Positions 1 to 3,015 of a stretch of 3,015 nt of DNA are shown here, piece after piece (position 1 is the first letter of the stretch; each line of letters opens with the position of its first letter). The stretch covers positions 1 through 3,015 of the forward strand of contig SCQK01000017.1 of assembly GCA_004321885.1 (NCBI GenBank), given 5' to 3'. The notes beneath the pieces were generated by a model. It searched no databases. It was not told where the DNA came from and was given only the letters and a program-made list of their open reading frames with translations. The translations under genes were made by a program, and so were the position numbers. The stretch comes from Patescibacteria group bacterium. Its GTDB lineage: Bacteria; Patescibacteriota; Patescibacteriia; Magasanikbacterales; GWA2-37-8.

Positions 1-40
1 AAGCGACTCGACGGTGAAGAAGCGTTGAGAGTCTACAGAA

Positions 41-46
41 GGGAGG
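41..46 (+). promoter_or_regulatory. Shine-Dalgarno (GGGAGG) for the csp gene
   Basis: GGGAGG lies 7 nt upstream of the GTG start at 54. The spacing and sequence fit a ribosome-binding site. Confidence 0.55.
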
Positions 47-53
47 TGAGGAC

Positions 54-257
54 GTGCGAGGCACCGGGAAGGTCAAATGGTTCAATGAGGCAAAGGGATA
101 TGGCTTTATCGAGCAATCTGAGGGTGGCGACCTGTTCGTCCATTACTCAGCCATTCAGGGCAACGGCTTCAGGACCCTGGCCGAGGGCCAGGAGGTGGAG
201 TTCGATGTCGTGGAAGGACCGAAAGGAAAGCAAGCCGCTAACGTCGTCAAACTGTAG
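54..257 (+). CDS. cspA: Cold-shock protein, CspA family (single cold-shock/OB-fold domain, 67 aa)
   Basis: The translation is [67 protein letters not shown]. It carries the hallmark N-terminal KVKWFN, the RNP1-like KGYGFI and the RNP2-like LFVHY, and ends in a C-terminal GPKG..A.NV motif typical of CspA/CspB/CspC proteins. The only in-frame start after the upstream stop (TGA 15-17) is GTG at 54. GGGAGG at 41-46 sits 7 nt upstream as a Shine-Dalgarno. The stop is TAG at 255-257. The ATG at 77-79 is out of frame. Which paralog (cspA, B, C, ...) this is cannot be decided from sequence alone. Confidence 0.9.
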   Translation: MRGTGKVKWFNEAKGYGFIEQSEGGDLFVHYSAIQGNGFRTLAEGQEVEFDVVEGPKGKQAANVVKL

Positions 258-279
258 TGCACAGCCGCATAGACTTGAA

Positions 280-328
280 GTCAGGGACCCCCCAACGAAG
301 ACATGGCTCTCGTGGGAGGTCGACTTTT
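280..328 (+). terminator. Candidate intrinsic terminator downstream of csp (long imperfect hairpin plus TTTT)
   Basis: The left arm is GTC(AGG)GACCCCCC at 280-293 and the right arm is GGGAGGTCGAC at 314-324. They pair as GTC/GAC, GACC/GGTC and CCC/GGG, with one C-A mismatch and a 3-nt bulge. An inner extension pairs ACGA 295-298 with TCGT 310-313. TTTTGT at 325-330 follows immediately. The structure begins about 23 nt after the csp stop codon. The loop and bulges make it weaker than a canonical terminator. Confidence 0.35.
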
Positions 329-335
329 GTGATCG

Positions 336-2027
336 TTAGTCGGTGAGGCGGGAAAGGAGCGTGTGCGCCCTGGAGACCGCCTCCGAGAGTGGGACCTGCA
401 CCTCCTCGCCGGTTTTTCGTATCTTCAAGTCAACTATCCCCTCCCTGAGGGCTCGAGTTCCAACCGTCATCCGAAGAGGCAGGCCAAGCAGATCGGCGTC
501 CTTGAACTTTACGCCTGGGCGATCATCCCGATCATCGTATAGGACCTCGATTCGCTCCCTTCCGAGTTGGGCATAGATCGCCTCGGCCAGCTCAACCAAC
601 TTCTGGTCGCGCACGTTGACCGGCAGCAGATGGAGCTGAAAGGGCGCGATGGCCGGGGGCCAAACGATTCCCAGCTCATCATGGTGCTGCTCGATCGCGG
701 CGGCGGCGATCCGGGCCGGCCCGATCCCGTAGCTCCCCATAACAATGGGGCGCTCCTCCCCAGCCTCATTCAGGTACATCGCCTTCAGAGAGGTCGAATA
801 TTTTGTTCCAAGCTTGAAGATATTGCCCACCTCGATGACCCGCTCAATGCGTAGAGTGCCCTCGCAATACGGACACCCATCCCCGCTTTTGGCTTGATGG
901 ATGTCGGCCCACTGGGGCTGAAAGTGGGTGCCGGGTACGACGCCACGGAGATGGAATCCGTCCTTGTTGGCCCCGACGACGTACCGGCCTTCGCGCAACG
1001 ACTCATCGGCGATGATAGGTAGCTTTGCCCCAGCGGGACCGATGCTGCCGGGCTCGGCCCCGAGGTGGGCAACGACTTCATCACGATGGGCCGGACGAAC
1101 CTCTCCGGTCACGCGCGCGAGCTTTCTCTCGTGAAGCCGCTGATCGCCCCGTAGGAGCGCCAGAAACGGTCCATCATGGCCCACAAGCAGCAACGACTTG
1201 ATAGTCAGGGCCGGATCGATGTTCAGAAACCGGCACACCTCTTCGATCGTTCGGACGTCCGGTGTGGCAATCTCTTCGAGGCGCCATTCGGGAAATGCCG
1301 GGGTTCGCGGCCTTGAGATGGCCAACTCGACATTGGCTGAGTAGTTACAGCGTTCGCAGAGAGCAACCTCATCTTCTCCGGCTTCGCTCGGCGCCATAAA
1401 TTCGTGCGCGGTTGCCCCGCCCATCATCCCCGGATCACTCTCGACGACGTGAAAGGCCAGGCCGCACCGCGCAAGAATACGACGGTAGGCCTCCTTATGA
1501 AGCTCGTAGCTCCTCGTGAGCCCCTCGTCATCCCGGTCCAGTGAGTAAGAGTCCTTCATCAGGAACTCCCGTGTCCGAAGGACACCACTCTTGGGCCTGG
1601 CCTCATCCCGGAGCTTGGTCTGAATCTGGTACCAGATCTGTGGGAGATCTCGGTACGATCGGATCTCTCGGGCTGCAAGCCAAGTGATGACCTCTTCGTG
1701 GGTCATTCCCAGGCACATCTGACGCTTGCCACGATCGTGCAGCCGAAACATCTCCTCGCCGATGGCCGTCCATCGGCCGGTTTGCTGCCACAACTCGGCC
1801 GGGTGCAGGATCGGCATGGTGATCTCTTGCCCGCCGGTCCGGTCCATCTCCTCGCGGATGATACCGTTCACCTTGTCCATCACCCGCTGCCCGAGCGGCA
1901 GGTAGACGTAAATTCCGGCCGCGAGCTGCCGGACCAAGCCGGCCCGGACCATCAGCGTGTGACTGACTGCCTCAGCTTCTGCTGGTGCTTCTTTCAGTGT
2001 CGGGATCAGTGACCTGGTCCAACGCAT
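336..2027 (-). CDS. proS: Prolyl-tRNA synthetase, bacterial type with INS editing domain (563 aa)
   Basis: The N-terminus MRWTRSLIPTLKEAPAEAEAVSHTLMVRAGLVRQLAAGIYVYLPLG aligns residue-for-residue with the canonical ProRS N-terminus (E. coli [44 protein letters not shown]...). Class II motif 2 is present as LRDEARPKSGVLRTREFLMKDSYS. Motif 3 region is GIEVGNIFKLGTKYS..MGSYGIGPARIAAAAIEQHHDELGIVWPPAIAP. The C-terminal anticodon-binding domain is RIEVLYDDRDDRPGVKFKDADLLGLP. The start is ATG at 2027..2025 and the stop is TAA at 338..336. The six-frame track extends the ORF to a GTG at 2099, but that 24-aa extension has no homology support and overlaps a terminator hairpin. Confidence 0.93.
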   Translation of the reverse strand: MRWTRSLIPTLKEAPAEAEAVSHTLMVRAGLVRQLAAGIYVYLPLGQRVMDKVNGIIREEMDRTGGQEITMPILHPAELWQQTGRWTAIGEEMFRLHDRGKRQMCLGMTHEEVITWLAAREIRSYRDLPQIWYQIQTKLRDEARPKSGVLRTREFLMKDSYSLDRDDEGLTRSYELHKEAYRRILARCGLAFHVVESDPGMMGGATAHEFMAPSEAGEDEVALCERCNYSANVELAISRPRTPAFPEWRLEEIATPDVRTIEEVCRFLNIDPALTIKSLLLVGHDGPFLALLRGDQRLHERKLARVTGEVRPAHRDEVVAHLGAEPGSIGPAGAKLPIIADESLREGRYVVGANKDGFHLRGVVPGTHFQPQWADIHQAKSGDGCPYCEGTLRIERVIEVGNIFKLGTKYSTSLKAMYLNEAGEERPIVMGSYGIGPARIAAAAIEQHHDELGIVWPPAIAPFQLHLLPVNVRDQKLVELAEAIYAQLGRERIEVLYDDRDDRPGVKFKDADLLGLPLRMTVGTRALREGIVDLKIRKTGEEVQVPLSEAVSRAHTLLSRLTD

Positions 2028-2061
2028 GGCAACACCCGTCGTTTCATCTATATCTAACCGG

Positions 2062-2097
2062 TAAAAACAAAAGGAGGATTGGATCGTCCATCCTCCC
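2062..2097 (-). terminator. Rho-independent terminator in the ispG-proS intergenic region (- strand)
   Basis: Read on the - strand the sequence is GGGAGGATGGA-CGA-TCCAATCCTCC (plus coordinates 2097->2073). That is a roughly 10-bp GC-rich stem with one bulged A and a 3-nt loop. It is followed directly by TTTTGTTTTTA (2072->2062). It sits about 40 nt after the ispG stop (2137-2139) and about 35 nt before the proS ATG (2027). On the + strand the same hairpin is preceded, not followed, by the A-tract, so it is oriented for - strand transcription only. Confidence 0.6.
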
Positions 2098-2136
2098 ACG
2101 CTTGCCGTCGCCGGCTATCTACTCCAGCCTTTACGG

Positions 2137-3015
2137 CTAGCTGTTACGTTCTGCCAACATCTTGTTGATCTCCTCCATCAGGGCATCGGCAATCTCCGAC
2201 TCCTTGACCTTTCGAACTACCTCTCCCTTTTTGAAAATCCAACCGATCCCCTTGCCGCCGGCAACCCCAATGTCGGCGCCTCTGGCCTCTCCTGGTCCGT
2301 TCACCTCACACCCCATCGCGGCGACATGGATCTCCTGGGTGATCCCCGCCAGGCGCTGCTCCACTTCCTGGGCGAGGGCAACCAGATCGATATCGGCCCT
2401 CGCGCAAGACGGACAGGAGACGAAGGTCAGTCCGCCCTTCCGAAGACCGAGTGACTTCAAGATCTCGACTCCCGCTTTAATCTCCTCGACGGGATCGGCC
2501 GAGAGCGATACCCGGATGGTGTCGCCGATTCCCTCGGCAAGCAGCGCCCCGATACCGACTGCCGACCTGATCGTTCCCACCCCCGGCGTCCCGGCTTCTG
2601 TGACGCCAAGGTGGAGGGGGTACTCGATCTCTTCCGCCAGGAGGCGGTATGCCTCAATCATCATCAGGGGATCGGACGCCTTCAATGAGACCTTCATCTC
2701 GGGATAGTGCAAATCTTCGAGGATCCGGATGTGGCGCAGGGCGCTCTCTACCATTCCTTTTGGAGTGGGCCCGCCATCCCTGGCCAGTATGTCCTTTTCC
2801 AGCGATCCGGCGTTGACGCCGATGCGGATCGGAACCCTTCGCTCGGTCGCCGCCTTGACGATCTCCTCCACACGAGAACGGTCCCCGATGTTGCCGGGGT
2901 TGAGACGGAGGCCGTCTACACCCTGCTCGAGAGCGATCAGGGCGAGCCTGTAGTCGAAGTGGATATCGGCAATCAAAGGGATCCGGATCTGCTTGCGGAT
3001 CTCGCCCAGTGTTTC
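2137..3015 (-). CDS. ispG: 4-hydroxy-3-methylbut-2-en-1-yl diphosphate synthase (IspG/GcpE), partial; N-terminal ~85 aa lie beyond the window edge
   Basis: The translation ...ETLGEIRKQIRIPLIADIHFDYRLALIALEQGVDGLRLNPGNIG...RIGVNAGSLEKD...LHLGVTEAGT...IRVSLSADPVEEIKAGVEILKSLGLR..FVSCPSCARADIDL...AAMGCEVNGPGEA... is collinear with IspG (compare E. coli VPLVADIHFDYR, RIGVNAGSLEKD, CPTCSR, GCVVNGPGE). The [4Fe-4S] ligands (the CPSC pair plus the Cys and Glu in GCEVNGPGE) are all present. It is the short bacterial A+B domain form with no plant-type A* insertion. The reading frame stays open to base 3015, so the gene is 5'-truncated by the window. The stop is TAG at 2139..2137. The 'M' at 2976 in the ORF track is an internal TTG Leu codon, not the start. 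Confidence 0.93.
   Translation of the reverse strand, partial: ETLGEIRKQIRIPLIADIHFDYRLALIALEQGVDGLRLNPGNIGDRSRVEEIVKAATERRVPIRIGVNAGSLEKDILARDGGPTPKGMVESALRHIRILEDLHYPEMKVSLKASDPLMMIEAYRLLAEEIEYPLHLGVTEAGTPGVGTIRSAVGIGALLAEGIGDTIRVSLSADPVEEIKAGVEILKSLGLRKGGLTFVSCPSCARADIDLVALAQEVEQRLAGITQEIHVAAMGCEVNGPGEARGADIGVAGGKGIGWIFKKGEVVRKVKESEIADALMEEINKMLAERNS

Noticed and set aside
288-293. C6 homopolymer in the csp-proS intergenic region (possible slipped-strand or phase-variable tract).
   Set aside because: It is too short (6 nt) for meaningful slippage. It forms one arm of the terminator hairpin and is not in a promoter spacer or a coding region.
25-339. 104-aa + strand ORF overlapping csp in another frame and running into the proS 3' end.
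   Set aside because: Its frame conflicts with the clearly recognisable Csp reading frame. The translation ([16 protein letters not shown]...) has no coding character. It spans the intergenic terminator hairpin.
343-2012. A series of 60-104-aa ORFs overlapping proS on either strand (343..576+, 509..769-, 567..854+, 785..1084-, 928..1134+, 1603..1791-, 1698..2012+).
   Set aside because: All are nested in or antisense to the proS CDS. Their translations are Arg/Pro/Ser-rich and low-complexity, with no recognisable motifs. They are GC-driven open frames, not genes.
2028-2061. Possible sigma70-like -10 (TAGATA/TATAGA) for proS.
   Set aside because: The match to TATAAT is poor and the last T is absent. 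No convincing -35 exists, since the upstream 17-bp window is the U-tract itself. It is noted only as a hypothesis in the terminator finding.
2071-2078. Strong SD-like AAGGAGGA on the + strand in the ispG-proS spacer.
   Set aside because: No ATG or GTG lies within 4-12 nt downstream, and the TTG at 2079 is only 1 nt away. The motif is simply the purine-rich arm of the - strand terminator stem.
2162-2707. 181-aa + strand ORF (Ser/Pro/Ala/Arg-rich) antisense to ispG. Also the similar ORFs 2457..2657(-) and 2729..2953(+).
   Set aside because: These lie entirely inside the strongly homology-supported ispG frame. Their low-complexity S/P/A/R-rich composition is typical of shadow ORFs in a high-GC genome. 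They have a TTG start and no SD.

Overview
This 3,015-bp high-GC window (roughly 60% GC) looks like ordinary core housekeeping sequence. I see no mobile elements, CRISPR arrays, RNA genes, defence-system-like genes or unexplained long non-coding stretches. Three genes are supported by clear homology. First, a small cold-shock protein of the CspA family on the + strand (54..257, GTG start preceded by a GGGAGG Shine-Dalgarno). Second, a complete bacterial-type prolyl-tRNA synthetase, proS, on the - strand (336..2027, 563 aa), convergent with the csp gene. Third, the C-terminal ~290 codons of ispG/gcpE (HMBPP synthase, MEP pathway) on the - strand (2137..3015), which runs off the right edge of the window. 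All other ORFs in the six-frame track are out-of-frame or antisense shadows inside proS or ispG. Three features are not explained by the coding calls. One is a textbook intrinsic terminator (GC hairpin plus TTTTGTTTTT on the - strand) in the 109-nt gap between ispG and proS. Another is a long imperfect hairpin plus T-run in the 78-nt convergent gap between csp and proS. The last is a pair of CxxC motifs in ProRS that exactly flank the editing-domain insertion, suggesting a Cys4 zinc knuckle. I cannot honestly point to a novel biological system here. The most unusual observations are protein- and transcript-level details of otherwise standard genes.
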